DNA from: Flavobacteriales bacterium
GTDB lineage: Bacteria; Bacteroidota; Bacteroidia; Flavobacteriales_F; PHOS-HE28
NCBI GenBank assembly: GCA_041749915.1
Contig: JBGTAJ010000258.1
Span: 22,955-86,954 of the forward strand
DNA length: 64,000 bases
Direction of reading: 5' to 3'
This document shows, one piece after another, positions 1 through 9,504 of this stretch. The first letter of the stretch is position 1. Each line of letters begins with the position of its first letter. Position numbers and translations under genes: made by a program. The notes under the pieces are model-generated. The model did not search any database and was not told where the DNA came from. It saw only the letters and a list, made by a program, of their open reading frames with translations.

Positions 1-1
1 G

Positions 2-436
2 GACCAAGGCGATGCCCGTGCCATCCGCCCCTTGCTCACTGCCCTGGCAAAAAGCAAGGATGTAAAGGTGCAGCAGCGCATCACCGGGTTATTGAACCAG
101 ATCAAGGTGAAGGACGCTGTGCCTGAACTGATCACCGCATTGCGGGAGCCCACATTGTTGGATGTGCGACGCACCGTGCTCGCCACCTTCTGGAACGCTG
201 GTCTCGATGTCCGTGATCATCTGGACCCCTTCATCGACCTGGCCATCGAGGGCGATGCTGAAGAGTGTTTCGAATGCCTGACGGTGATCGAGAACCAGGA
301 GATCTGGCCCGAGAAGGCTGCCCGCAGCGCTCTCGGCCGGGTGAAGAAGGCGGCAAAGGCCGAAAAGGACCCGTACAAGGGGGCGATGCTCACCGACCTG
401 TTGACCGTGCTGGAAGGTCGGCTGGGTGTGGAATGA
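2..436 (+). CDS. HEAT/PBS-lyase-like repeat protein, C-terminal fragment (5' end outside window)
   Basis: Frame 2 is open to the left edge (DQGDARAIRPLLTALAKSKD...). It has repeated helical units of the A(V/I)PxLIxAL type. Stop at 434-436. The ORF-track start at 32 is only the first in-window start codon. Confidence 0.5.
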   Translation, partial: DQGDARAIRPLLTALAKSKDVKVQQRITGLLNQIKVKDAVPELITALREPTLLDVRRTVLATFWNAGLDVRDHLDPFIDLAIEGDAEECFECLTVIENQEIWPEKAARSALGRVKKAAKAEKDPYKGAMLTDLLTVLEGRLGVE

Positions 437-508
437 CCAGGCCCCACAGGCGAAGCTATCGTAAGCGCCCCCTTTGATGAACCCATCGACAAGTCCGTCT
501 TTCACACC

Positions 509-811
509 ATGACCACACCCACCTCACAGGATATCGAAGGCACCATTCTTACCGTTCTCGGAAAGATGAACGAGTTCCTTCCCGCTGCTGAGCGGGTTCA
601 GTATACGCCGGATACGGTGCTCATGGGCGATGGTGGCACTCTGGATTCGCTGGGTATCGCCAACTTCATCGTGGCCATGGAGGAGGCCTTCGAGGATCAG
701 CACCATCGGTCTGTATCATTGTCCGACCAGGATCTCACCGATCTGTTCGGATCGGGCAGCGTCACCGTACGATCCTTCGCCGATAATCTCTCGGCCCGGA
801 TGGGTTCCTGA
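509..811 (+). CDS. acyl/peptidyl carrier protein
   Basis: 100 aa. GGTLDSLGIANFIVAMEEAF carries the DSL phosphopantetheinyl-serine motif of carrier proteins. Confidence 0.8.
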   Translation: MTTPTSQDIEGTILTVLGKMNEFLPAAERVQYTPDTVLMGDGGTLDSLGIANFIVAMEEAFEDQHHRSVSLSDQDLTDLFGSGSVTVRSFADNLSARMGS

Positions 812-814
812 GCC

Positions 815-2482
815 ATGCACCACGGCCCGACCGGACTTGTCCTCGTTTCAGACCTCAATCTGACGAATTTCGCGAACATCTTGAAGAGCCAGGCCGGGCC
901 GCTCCTGAACGTTCGAGTGGCCGCGCTGGATAACGTGGTGCCCGTCCTGCATGGCCTCACGGCCACCGATGGATCAGCCGTTGTGTGGACCCAACCAGGC
1001 AAGGTGGCGGCAGGATTTCAACGCGCAAGACAGTTCGCTCCGGTCGCCATCGATGAGATCCTTTCCGATGTCGATCACTTTGCCCAAGCCATCCGTGCAG
1101 CGGCCAGTGTGCTGAAGGCCGTGTATGTTCCCCTTTGGCAGATCAACCCGGCCGAATCATACGGTCTGCAGGAGATGCGGCACAGCACGGGCGTGCATGG
1201 CCTGTTGTTGCAGATGAACGCTCGTCTGTCCGAAAAGCTGGCCGACCTTTCCAACGTGCACCTGATGAACAGTTCGCGCTGGATGCAGGGCGTGGGCACC
1301 GGGGCCTGGTCCCAGCGGATGTGGTACCTGACCAAGACGCCCTTTTCCAACGAAGTCTTCCTTGTGGCGGCAAAGGACCTCATCGCCCACATGGAACGCA
1401 GCCAGGGCCTGGCGATCAAGCTCATCGTACTGGACCTTGACGATACCCTGTGGGGTGGCGTGGTGGGAGATGATGGCTGGCAGAACCTGCATTTAGGCGG
1501 GCATGACCCCATCGGTGAGAGCTTCGTGGACTTCCAGCGCACGCTGAAGGCCTTGAAGGACCGTGGGATCCTGCTCGCGATCGCCAGCAAGAACGAGGAG
1601 AGCGTGGCGTTGGAGGCCATGGAGAAGCACCCGGAGATGATCCTCCGGAGGACCGACATGGTGGCCATCAGGATCGATTGGAACGACAAGGCCTCCAATA
1701 TCCAGAGCATCATCCAGGAATTGAACCTCGGTGCACGATCGGTGATGTTCATCGACGACAATCCGGTGGAGCGTTCCCGCGTGAAGGAATTCCTCCCCGA
1801 GGTCTTCGTTCCGGACTGGCCGGAGAACAAACTGCTCTACACGGAAAAGCTGAGGAGCCTTCCGGTGTTCAACCTCGATGCCATCAGCGCGGAGGACCTG
1901 GCACGCACGCAGATGTACCAGGAAGAGGTCGTCCGCGAACGGTCCAAGGCGGCCTTCGGCGAGGTGGAGGCCTGGCTACGATCACTGGAGACGACGGTGA
2001 CCGCTGCCCGCGTGGATGAGGGCGACTTCGCGCGCGTGCACCAGCTCTTCGGCAAGACCAACCAGTTCAACCTGAGCACATGGCGGCCGAGCGAAAAGGA
2101 GCTGCGTGAACGGATGCAGCAACCCGCCTACCAGCTCTGGTCCTTCCGGGTGAGCGATCGCTTCGGCGATGCCGGGCTCACCGGCGTGCTGGGCTTGGAC
2201 CTTTCCGACCCGAAAAGCGCGTTGATCAGCGACCTGGTCCTGAGCTGCCGGGTGATGGGCCGCCAGGTGGAGGAGACCCTGCTCCATGTGGCCTTCGTGA
2301 TGGCCGAGCTGGCCGACAAGGTCCGCATCGAAGCCCACTTCAAGCCTACGGCAAAGAACAAACCCTGCCTGGACTTCATGCTCCGTTCGGGCTTCGATAG
2401 CAGCGGTGAAGGACCGACCTTTACGTGGTCCATGGACCGTCCGTACCCCTGCCCCACCTCGTTGAAGTTGTTGATGAAATGA
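815..2482 (+). CDS. FkbH-like HAD-IIIC family protein with GNAT-like C-terminal region
   Basis: HAD motifs LIVLDLDDTLWGG, LLAIASKNEE and MFIDDNPVERSRV. About 555 aa, as in FkbH-like domain proteins. The ATG lies 3 nt after the carrier-protein stop. Confidence 0.8.
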   Translation: MHHGPTGLVLVSDLNLTNFANILKSQAGPLLNVRVAALDNVVPVLHGLTATDGSAVVWTQPGKVAAGFQRARQFAPVAIDEILSDVDHFAQAIRAAASVLKAVYVPLWQINPAESYGLQEMRHSTGVHGLLLQMNARLSEKLADLSNVHLMNSSRWMQGVGTGAWSQRMWYLTKTPFSNEVFLVAAKDLIAHMERSQGLAIKLIVLDLDDTLWGGVVGDDGWQNLHLGGHDPIGESFVDFQRTLKALKDRGILLAIASKNEESVALEAMEKHPEMILRRTDMVAIRIDWNDKASNIQSIIQELNLGARSVMFIDDNPVERSRVKEFLPEVFVPDWPENKLLYTEKLRSLPVFNLDAISAEDLARTQMYQEEVVRERSKAAFGEVEAWLRSLETTVTAARVDEGDFARVHQLFGKTNQFNLSTWRPSEKELRERMQQPAYQLWSFRVSDRFGDAGLTGVLGLDLSDPKSALISDLVLSCRVMGRQVEETLLHVAFVMAELADKVRIEAHFKPTAKNKPCLDFMLRSGFDSSGEGPTFTWSMDRPYPCPTSLKLLMK

Positions 2483-4155
2483 CCCACGCACCAGCGATGA
2501 AGGCAGAGCAACCGACCGGCCTCACGATCACCGTGAGCGATGCACTGGTGCAGGCCTTCGCCGCGTTCACCGGTGATCACAGTTCGCTGCACGTCGATGC
2601 GGAGTTCGGCCGACGGTCCATGTACAACTCCACGGTGGTGCATGGCCTGCTGCCCATCGTCCTCCTCCCGGCCGCGTTGCGGCAATTGTTCGGCGAACGG
2701 TCGCTCCGCATCACGCACATCGATGGCCAGTTCCTGAAGCCCATCTTCCCGAACGGTACGATCACCATCACCTGCCACACCGAAGGGGAAAGTGCGAGCA
2801 CTTCGAAGGTCCTGTTCACCATCGTGAACTCCTCAGACCGGGCGGTGGTCACTCGCGGCAGCGTGTTGGTCGCCCTCGATGTACCCGCGTCAGGGCTGCA
2901 GGCCGGAGAACTTCCCGGCACGCTGCTGGTCGAGCAATTGCAGGAACAGGACCATCGCTTCGAGGCCATCAAGCAAGGGGATGTCTCGAGCTTCGGCCTG
3001 CGTTGGGGTGGCGATCAGCTGCGGGCCTATGAAGACCTGCTGCGCATGGCGGGGGAAAATGCCACGGAGCCGATCACGACTGATGTGCTCCGCGGGAAGG
3101 ATCCGGGTGCGTTCGCCATGCTCGCCACCTTGTCCACCCTCGTGGGCATGGTGATGCCGGGGCGCTCGGCGACCTTCCAGGAATTCTCACTGACCATGGA
3201 TGGGCCCTTGCAGGAAGCTCCAGCTCAGGCAACGCTGCGATCCACGGTGTCCTTCCGCTCCTCCACGATCAACACCTTCTCTCAGGAGGTCGTGATCGCC
3301 ACCGGCTCGGAGACCTATGCACACGGCAAGGTCACCGTGCTGGTCGCGAAGTCACCCTTCGAGCCACCGACCATCCAGGAATTGGCGGAAGGTCATCAGG
3401 ACATGGGCCTACGGAACAAGGTGGTGCTGATCACCGGTGGGAGCCGCGGCCTGGGTGCCACCACCGCGAAGTTGTTCGCCGTACACGGTGCCCGGGTGGT
3501 GATCAACTATCGGTCCTCGCGTACCGAAGCAGAAGAGCTTGTGGCCGAGATCAAGGCATACGGGGGCGAGGCATTGGCAGTGCAGGCCGATGTGTCGTCC
3601 GCAGCGGAGGTGCAGCGCATGGTGAAGGAGGCGGTCACGCATTTCGGAACGATCGACGTGCTGGTGAACGGTGCGGCGAGCAACTTCTTCCCGATCCCCT
3701 TCCTGGAGACCACCTGGGACAGGATCCAGGACGATCTGGACGTGATCGTGAAAGGCGCGTTCCAGGTCTCTCAGGCCGTGATCCCGGAATTCCTGCGCAA
3801 GGGAGGAGGGCGGATCATCAACATCTCCACCATTGCGGTGGAAACACCTCCGCCGTTCCAGACCAAGTACGTGGTGGCCAAGTCGGCACTGAACGGATTG
3901 ACCCGGGCTTTGGCCGCCGAATATGCCGGACAGAACATCCTGGTGAACATGGTGGTGCCCAGCCTGGTGGAGACCGACTTCACCCGCGGCTTCAACCAAG
4001 TGGCCCTGGGCAAACTGAAAGCGGCCAGCCCCCTGAAGCGCCTGGCCCAAGCACAGGAGGTCGCGGATGCCATCGTCTTCCTCGCGTCCTCACGTTCCAG
4101 CTTCACCACCGGGCAGAAGCTGATGGTTACCGGGGGGCTTCCTCCCCTCCTCTAG
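2479..4155 (+). CDS. double MaoC/hotdog dehydratase-like domains fused to a short-chain dehydrogenase/reductase
   Basis: ATG 2479 overlaps the upstream stop (ATGA), so the ORF-track start at 2425 is rejected. The hotdog signature is FTGDHSSLHVD...VVHG. The C-terminal SDR has VVLITGGSRGLG (Rossmann) and YVVAK (YxxxK). Confidence 0.8.
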   Translation: MTHAPAMKAEQPTGLTITVSDALVQAFAAFTGDHSSLHVDAEFGRRSMYNSTVVHGLLPIVLLPAALRQLFGERSLRITHIDGQFLKPIFPNGTITITCHTEGESASTSKVLFTIVNSSDRAVVTRGSVLVALDVPASGLQAGELPGTLLVEQLQEQDHRFEAIKQGDVSSFGLRWGGDQLRAYEDLLRMAGENATEPITTDVLRGKDPGAFAMLATLSTLVGMVMPGRSATFQEFSLTMDGPLQEAPAQATLRSTVSFRSSTINTFSQEVVIATGSETYAHGKVTVLVAKSPFEPPTIQELAEGHQDMGLRNKVVLITGGSRGLGATTAKLFAVHGARVVINYRSSRTEAEELVAEIKAYGGEALAVQADVSSAAEVQRMVKEAVTHFGTIDVLVNGAASNFFPIPFLETTWDRIQDDLDVIVKGAFQVSQAVIPEFLRKGGGRIINISTIAVETPPPFQTKYVVAKSALNGLTRALAAEYAGQNILVNMVVPSLVETDFTRGFNQVALGKLKAASPLKRLAQAQEVADAIVFLASSRSSFTTGQKLMVTGGLPPLL

Positions 4156-4175
4156 CATCCGAAGCAGGCAGGAAC

Positions 4176-5225
4176 GTGGCGCAGCCGGCGAAGATCTCCC
4201 TCGTGAGCGGAACGGACGTTCCGATGGAACGGATCCTGGCCTTCTCGGGCCGTGTCTATGGTCGCAACGCCCATCAGGCCATGGCCTCGTTCTACCAATG
4301 GGAGTATGCCGAGAACCCGAATTGCCCGAGCGGCCTGGGCTCCATGATCGTGGCAGTGGACGGGTCCCAACAGGTGGTAGGCTTCATCAACCGGGTGTAC
4401 CTCACGTGGGATGTACGTGGCGAGCAAGTGACGATACCGGCCCTCGTGGACTTTGCGGTGGATGACGCGCACCGGCAAGGTGGTGTGGGCCTTCGACTGA
4501 TCCTGAAAAGCACCAGTGACCTTGGGCATGCCTTCATCAATGGCTCGAACCCGAACAGCGCTCCGGTGTTCCGCAGCCTGAAGTACCAGGAACTCGAGGG
4601 CGGCCAATGGTTCCGGAAGGTCCTATCACCGCTGCGCGGCGGATTGCGCTACGCGATGCACAAGATCGGCGGTGGCTTGCCCGCATCACCCCTGCCATTC
4701 GCACAGTGGGCCTCCTCCACCGCTCAACTCAGCGCCGCTCCCGATGATTCCCTGCTGCGCCAGTTGGCGAACCTGTTGAACGACGGGAAAGCGGAGGTGA
4801 AGCCGTTCTGGACCGTGGAAACGCTGCGCTGGCGCTTCTTCCATGCGTTGGGGCCGCGTCATCTGCTCCTTCATCGTTCTTCACCGGACGGTACGATGAG
4901 CGCGGCTCTCCTGATCTCCTGCGGGCCTGTTCGTGGACTGAACGCCTGTCGCGTGATCGCCTATCGCTGCCCTGAACAGCAACAGTTCCGCGAACTCCTT
5001 TCCGAAGCTTTGCGCATGGCGGAACAGGCCGGCGTGGACGTCTTCTTCGCCTTCACCTTCGAACACAGCGAGGCCGATGTACTGGCCGCCATGGGACTCG
5101 CCGAGCAGCCCCGCACACCCAGCGCGTTCTTCTTCCATAAGCGACGGAAGGATGCCGAAATGTTCCGGTCCGTGCTCGTCCAGGGAGCAGCGTCGGACCT
5201 GGGCTTTGAGGCCGTGGGCCGCTGA
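4176..5225 (+). CDS. putative GNAT-family acyltransferase
   Basis: GTG start. HRQGGVGLRLIL resembles the GNAT Q/RxxGxG/A acyl-CoA pocket. The C-terminal half is unassigned. Confidence 0.55.
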   Translation: MAQPAKISLVSGTDVPMERILAFSGRVYGRNAHQAMASFYQWEYAENPNCPSGLGSMIVAVDGSQQVVGFINRVYLTWDVRGEQVTIPALVDFAVDDAHRQGGVGLRLILKSTSDLGHAFINGSNPNSAPVFRSLKYQELEGGQWFRKVLSPLRGGLRYAMHKIGGGLPASPLPFAQWASSTAQLSAAPDDSLLRQLANLLNDGKAEVKPFWTVETLRWRFFHALGPRHLLLHRSSPDGTMSAALLISCGPVRGLNACRVIAYRCPEQQQFRELLSEALRMAEQAGVDVFFAFTFEHSEADVLAAMGLAEQPRTPSAFFFHKRRKDAEMFRSVLVQGAASDLGFEAVGR

Positions 5226-5247
5226 AAGAGCGCTCGATACGGGGGAC

Positions 5248-6204
5248 TTATCCCAAGTACTCGCTCACGGCCTTCTGGATCCGTGCATTGATATCCTCCG
5301 TGGGTGCCGGGTGGAAGGTGCTGCCCGTGATGCGCTCGAAGAGCTCCACGTAGCGGGCCGTGACACTATGCACAAAGGCATCGTCCATGGTGGGTACCTG
5401 CTGGCCCTCCTTGCCCATGAAGCCACCGGCGATCAGCCACTCGCGCACGAACTCCTTGCTGAGCTGCTTCTGGCGTTCGCCGGCAGCCTGGCGATCGGCA
5501 TATCCCTCGGCGTAGAAGTAGCGTGAACTGTCCGGCGTGTGGATCTCGTCGATGAGCAGGATGCGGCCATCGGATGTACGTCCGAACTCGTACTTGGTAT
5601 CCACCAGCAGGAGGCCGCGTTGCGCAGCGACCCGTGAACCCTCCGCGAAGAGCGCCAGTGCATGGCGGCTCATGGTCGCCCATTCGTCTTCCGTGCACAG
5701 GCCTCGCTCCAGGATCTCGTCCGGACTGATGTCCTCGTCGTGCCCCACATCGGCCTTGGTGCTGGGTGTGATCAGCGGTTCCGGGAAGCGGTCGTTCTCC
5801 TTCATGCCCCCGGGCAGGACGGCCCCGCAGAGCACGCGACCACCGGCCTGATAGGTGCGCCAGGCATGACCTGCAAGGTAGCCGCGCACCACCATCTCCA
5901 CCTTCACGGTGTCACAGGCATGGCCGATCACCACATTGGGGTCCGGGGACGCGAGGGCCCAGTTGGGGGCAACCCCTGCCGTGGCCTGCAGCATGTGCCA
6001 GCTCAGCTGGCTGAGCACCTGTCCCTTGTGGGGTATGCCGCGCGGCAGCACCACATCGAAGGCGCTGATGCGATCGCTGGCCACCAGCAGGATGCGGCCG
6101 TCGGAAAGGGTGTATACGTCGCGCACCTTGCCGTGGTACACCTTGTTGATCAAGGGGTGCTTGAGGTCGGAACGCATCAACGTCCCAGGCGTAGTCGTGA
6201 TCAT
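5248..6204 (-). CDS. purC: phosphoribosylaminoimidazole-succinocarboxamide (SAICAR) synthase
   Basis: 318 aa. GKVRDVY...LVASDRISAFDVVLPRGIPHKGQVL is typical of the long-form PurC. Confidence 0.9.
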   Translation of the reverse strand: MITTTPGTLMRSDLKHPLINKVYHGKVRDVYTLSDGRILLVASDRISAFDVVLPRGIPHKGQVLSQLSWHMLQATAGVAPNWALASPDPNVVIGHACDTVKVEMVVRGYLAGHAWRTYQAGGRVLCGAVLPGGMKENDRFPEPLITPSTKADVGHDEDISPDEILERGLCTEDEWATMSRHALALFAEGSRVAAQRGLLLVDTKYEFGRTSDGRILLIDEIHTPDSSRYFYAEGYADRQAAGERQKQLSKEFVREWLIAGGFMGKEGQQVPTMDDAFVHSVTARYVELFERITGSTFHPAPTEDINARIQKAVSEYLG

Positions 6205-7169
6205 CGGGGGCGATCGTTCTTGTCGTTCTTCTTCTCCAGTTCGCGGAAAGCTCCCAGCACGCGGGTCACCAGTTCGTGCCGGATGACATCCTGTTCGGTG
6301 AGCTCGATGACCGTGATGCCTTCCACGTTCCGCAGCATGTCCACGGCGGGCGTCAGGCCACTGGGTTGGCGGTCGGGCAGGTCCACCTGGGTCACATCAC
6401 CGGTGATGACGAATTTGGCATTGCGCCCCATGCGGGTGAGGAACATCTTCAACTGGGGCAGGGTGGCGTTCTGCGCCTCGTCCAGGATCACGAAAGCGTG
6501 GTCAAGGGTACGGCCGCGCATGAAGGCGAGCGGCGCGATCTGGATGACCCCTTCGTCCAGGTGATCCGCCAGGCGCGTAGCAGGGATCATGTCCTTGAGC
6601 GCGTCGTAGAGCGGCTGCAGGTAGGGGTCAAGCTTTTCACGCAGGTCACCGGGCAGGAAGCCGAGGTTCTCCCCCGCTTCCACCGCGGGCCGTGTAAGGA
6701 TGATGCGCCGCACCTTGCGCTCCTTCAGGGCCTTCACGGCGAGGGCCACTGCCGTGTAGGTCTTGCCTGTGCCAGCCGGGCCGATGGCGAAGACCATGTC
6801 GCTCTCAGCCACGGCTTTCACCAGTTTCTGCTGGTTCAGGGTCCGGGCCTTCACACGCAGACCGGCATTGCCGTATACCAGGACATCGGCATCGTCAGAG
6901 CCTCCCTCGCTGCGTTCGCCGGTACCCATGATGTCATCGAGCACTTTGCGGGGCAGCTCGTTGAAGCGGGAGACATGCTCCACGAGCTCCTTGAAGCGTT
7001 CCTCAAAGCGCGCGATATCCGTCTCGGCCCCGGTGACCTTCACCGTATCGCCACGGGCCACGATGTTCAACTTGGGGAACAGGGGCTTGATCAGTCGCAG
7101 GTTGGCGTCATTGGACCCCAGGACATCCACGGGGTCGACGCCGATGATGGTGATGAGCTTCTCGGTCAA
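6201..7169 (-). CDS. phoH: PhoH-family ATPase
   Basis: Walker A GPAGTGKTY, ILDEAQN and ITGDVTQVDLP. There is a 4-nt overlap with the purC start. Confidence 0.9.
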   Translation of the reverse strand: MTEKLITIIGVDPVDVLGSNDANLRLIKPLFPKLNIVARGDTVKVTGAETDIARFEERFKELVEHVSRFNELPRKVLDDIMGTGERSEGGSDDADVLVYGNAGLRVKARTLNQQKLVKAVAESDMVFAIGPAGTGKTYTAVALAVKALKERKVRRIILTRPAVEAGENLGFLPGDLREKLDPYLQPLYDALKDMIPATRLADHLDEGVIQIAPLAFMRGRTLDHAFVILDEAQNATLPQLKMFLTRMGRNAKFVITGDVTQVDLPDRQPSGLTPAVDMLRNVEGITVIELTEQDVIRHELVTRVLGAFRELEKKNDKNDRPR

Positions 7170-7270
7170 AGTAACATTGGATCGTTAGGAACTTGGCCCT
7201 TCGGCCGGTTTCAAGCTCCGGTAGTTTTACGCGCCGAAGGTAGCCCTTGCCTTCGCTTTCCACACTGACC

Positions 7271-8077
7271 ATGGCCATCATCACCCTCACCACCGACATG
7301 GGCCTGAAGGACCATTACGTGGCCGTGGTGAAGGGCGCCATCCTGCGGCAGCACCCCACGGCGATCATCGTGGATGTCAGTCATTCCATCAAACCTTTCG
7401 ACAATGCGCAGGCCGCTTTCGTGCTGCGCAACACCTACCCCGAGTTCCCGCGCGGCACCATCCACATCATCGGTGTGAACCCCGAGGCTGACGGACAGAC
7501 CCCGCACCTGGTGGTCAAGCATGATGGTCATTTCTTCATCGGGGCGGACAACGGGATCTTCTCGCTCCTCTTTGATGGCAAGCCCCACGAGGCCTACGAG
7601 CTGACAATGAAGATCGAGGACGACCATGTGACCTTCCCCACCAAAAGCGTCTTCGTGGCCGCCGCCTGCCACCTGGCGCGGGGCGGCACGGCGGATGTGA
7701 TCGGCCGCAAGGTGGTCACCATCAAGGAGCAGATCGGCTTCCAACCGGCGGTGGACCAGAACAGCATCCGCGGAAAGGTGATCTACATCGACAGCTACGG
7801 CAACCTAGTGACCAACATCCGTCGATCGGTGCTGGATGAAGTGGGGCGCGGACGGGCCTTGCGCGTTGGCTTCGCTTCCGCAGAGGACGACATCACCCGC
7901 CTGCACTCCACCTACAGCGATGTGCTGCTGGGTGAGCGTGTGGCCTTCTTCAATGCCATGGGTCTGCTGGAGATCGCCGTGAACAAGGGTGTGGAAGGAC
8001 ATGGTGGTGGCGCCGCGCGACTGTTCGGCGTGGAGGTGAACGACCCCGTGCGCGTGGACCTGGACACACGTGGCTGA
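7271..8077 (+). CDS. SAM hydrolase / SAM hydroxide adenosyltransferase family protein (DUF62)
   Basis: The MAIITLTTDMGLKDHYVAVVKGAIL N-terminus and about 269-aa size fit this family. Start moved from 7247 to the internal ATG at 7271. Confidence 0.75.
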   Translation: MAIITLTTDMGLKDHYVAVVKGAILRQHPTAIIVDVSHSIKPFDNAQAAFVLRNTYPEFPRGTIHIIGVNPEADGQTPHLVVKHDGHFFIGADNGIFSLLFDGKPHEAYELTMKIEDDHVTFPTKSVFVAAACHLARGGTADVIGRKVVTIKEQIGFQPAVDQNSIRGKVIYIDSYGNLVTNIRRSVLDEVGRGRALRVGFASAEDDITRLHSTYSDVLLGERVAFFNAMGLLEIAVNKGVEGHGGGAARLFGVEVNDPVRVDLDTRG

Positions 8078-8088
8078 CCTTTGCCGGC

Positions 8089-8382
8089 ATGATCATCCGT
8101 TTGGTGAAGATGACGTTCAGGGCAGAGGAGGTGTCCCGCTTCCAGGAGCTCTTCCAAGGTTGGGCGCCTCGCATCCGTAGCTTTCCAGGTTGCCGCTACC
8201 TCGAACTGTGGCACGAAAAGAAGGACCCACGGGTCTTCTTCACCCACAGCCATTGGGATGGCCCTGAGGACCTTGAGGCCTACCGCCGGTCCGCCGTGTT
8301 CGCTGATGTCTGGCCAGTGGTGAAAGCCCTTTTCGATGCCCCGGCGGAAGCATGGTCCATCGACCGGGAGCACCGGTCATAA
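8089..8382 (+). CDS. antibiotic-biosynthesis-monooxygenase (ABM) domain protein
   Basis: 97 aa. MIIRLVKMTFRAEEV...FPGCRYLELW...SHWDGPEDLEAY fits the ferredoxin-like ABM pattern. Confidence 0.6.
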   Translation: MIIRLVKMTFRAEEVSRFQELFQGWAPRIRSFPGCRYLELWHEKKDPRVFFTHSHWDGPEDLEAYRRSAVFADVWPVVKALFDAPAEAWSIDREHRS

Positions 8383-8482
8383 GGCCTTCCCCGGACGATC
8401 GGCACGGTCCTTTCAACGCCCGCAACCACTAGCTCGGCGTCAGTCACTGGTAATCACGTCCTCATTCTGCGATCTTCGTCCC

Positions 8483-9370
8483 ATGTTCCGAACGCTTCTT
8501 TCCGCACTGGTGATCCTCCCCGGCCTGCTTCTGGCCCAGCCCGCTTCGCCCCTCGATGCCGAGGCACACCTCCAGCAGGCGCGAGAGGCCTATGGTGCCG
8601 CCCAGTACGAAGTGGCCCTGGCCCATGCCGATTCGGCCATCCGAATGGACGAGACCATCCCTGGCGGCTATAAGCTTCGCGGTGACATCCATCAGCGCCA
8701 GCAGAACCTCCACGGCGCCCTGCTGGACTATACCCGGGCCGAGAAGCTCGACGACCAGGATGCACGGCTGTACGTGAGCCGTTCCGCCATCCATGTCACC
8801 GAAGGACGGGTCAAGGAGGCCATGCGGGATGCGGACCGGGCCATCGACCTGGACCCCAAGGACCCGGATGCATGGTACAACCGTGCCTGCGCCAATTACA
8901 TCGGGCAGAACTGGGACGGTGCCCTGCGCGACCTGGATCGCTCCCTGGACCTGCGTCCGAACGATGCGATGGCACTGCTGCTGCGGGGTGTGGTGCACGG
9001 TGCCTTGTACCATGACGAAAAAGGATTGGCGGACCTGGAGGCCGCCCTGGCCATTGACCCGAAGATCCCCAGTGGCACCATGAGCCTGGCGGTGCAGCTC
9101 TTCGAGGCCAAACGGTATGCGGAGGCCATACCCCATTTCACCACCGTGATCGAGGCGGGTGACGCCGATCTCCGGGAAGCCCATTACTACCGGGCCGACT
9201 GCCACTACAACCTGCAGGAAAAGGAAGCCGCCTGTGCCGATTGGCGGGCCAGTGGGGAACTGGGCGACAAGGATGCCCAGTTCATCGTGCGGAACTACTG
9301 CAATACGGATGAGGAGAAGATCCCCCGCAAACCGCAGAGGAAGCCACGCAAGTCGGTGATCGAGTTCTGA
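8483..9370 (+). CDS. secreted tetratricopeptide-repeat protein
   Basis: Signal peptide MFRTLLSALVILPGLLLAQ at the internal ATG 8483. Several 34-aa TPR units follow (e.g. AMRDADRAIDLDPKDPDAWYNRACANY). Confidence 0.75.
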   Translation: MFRTLLSALVILPGLLLAQPASPLDAEAHLQQAREAYGAAQYEVALAHADSAIRMDETIPGGYKLRGDIHQRQQNLHGALLDYTRAEKLDDQDARLYVSRSAIHVTEGRVKEAMRDADRAIDLDPKDPDAWYNRACANYIGQNWDGALRDLDRSLDLRPNDAMALLLRGVVHGALYHDEKGLADLEAALAIDPKIPSGTMSLAVQLFEAKRYAEAIPHFTTVIEAGDADLREAHYYRADCHYNLQEKEAACADWRASGELGDKDAQFIVRNYCNTDEEKIPRKPQRKPRKSVIEF

Positions 9371-9504
9371 CCAGGGAGTTCGCCCGATATGCCCCAAGCC
9401 CATGGGGCTGCGGTACGTGGCATTCCCCAGTGGGCTGCGTGATGCAGCGAGGAACGGCAAAGGTGGTGAGCGAACACCGGAGTATCTTGGCGCCCGCTTT
9501 CCTC

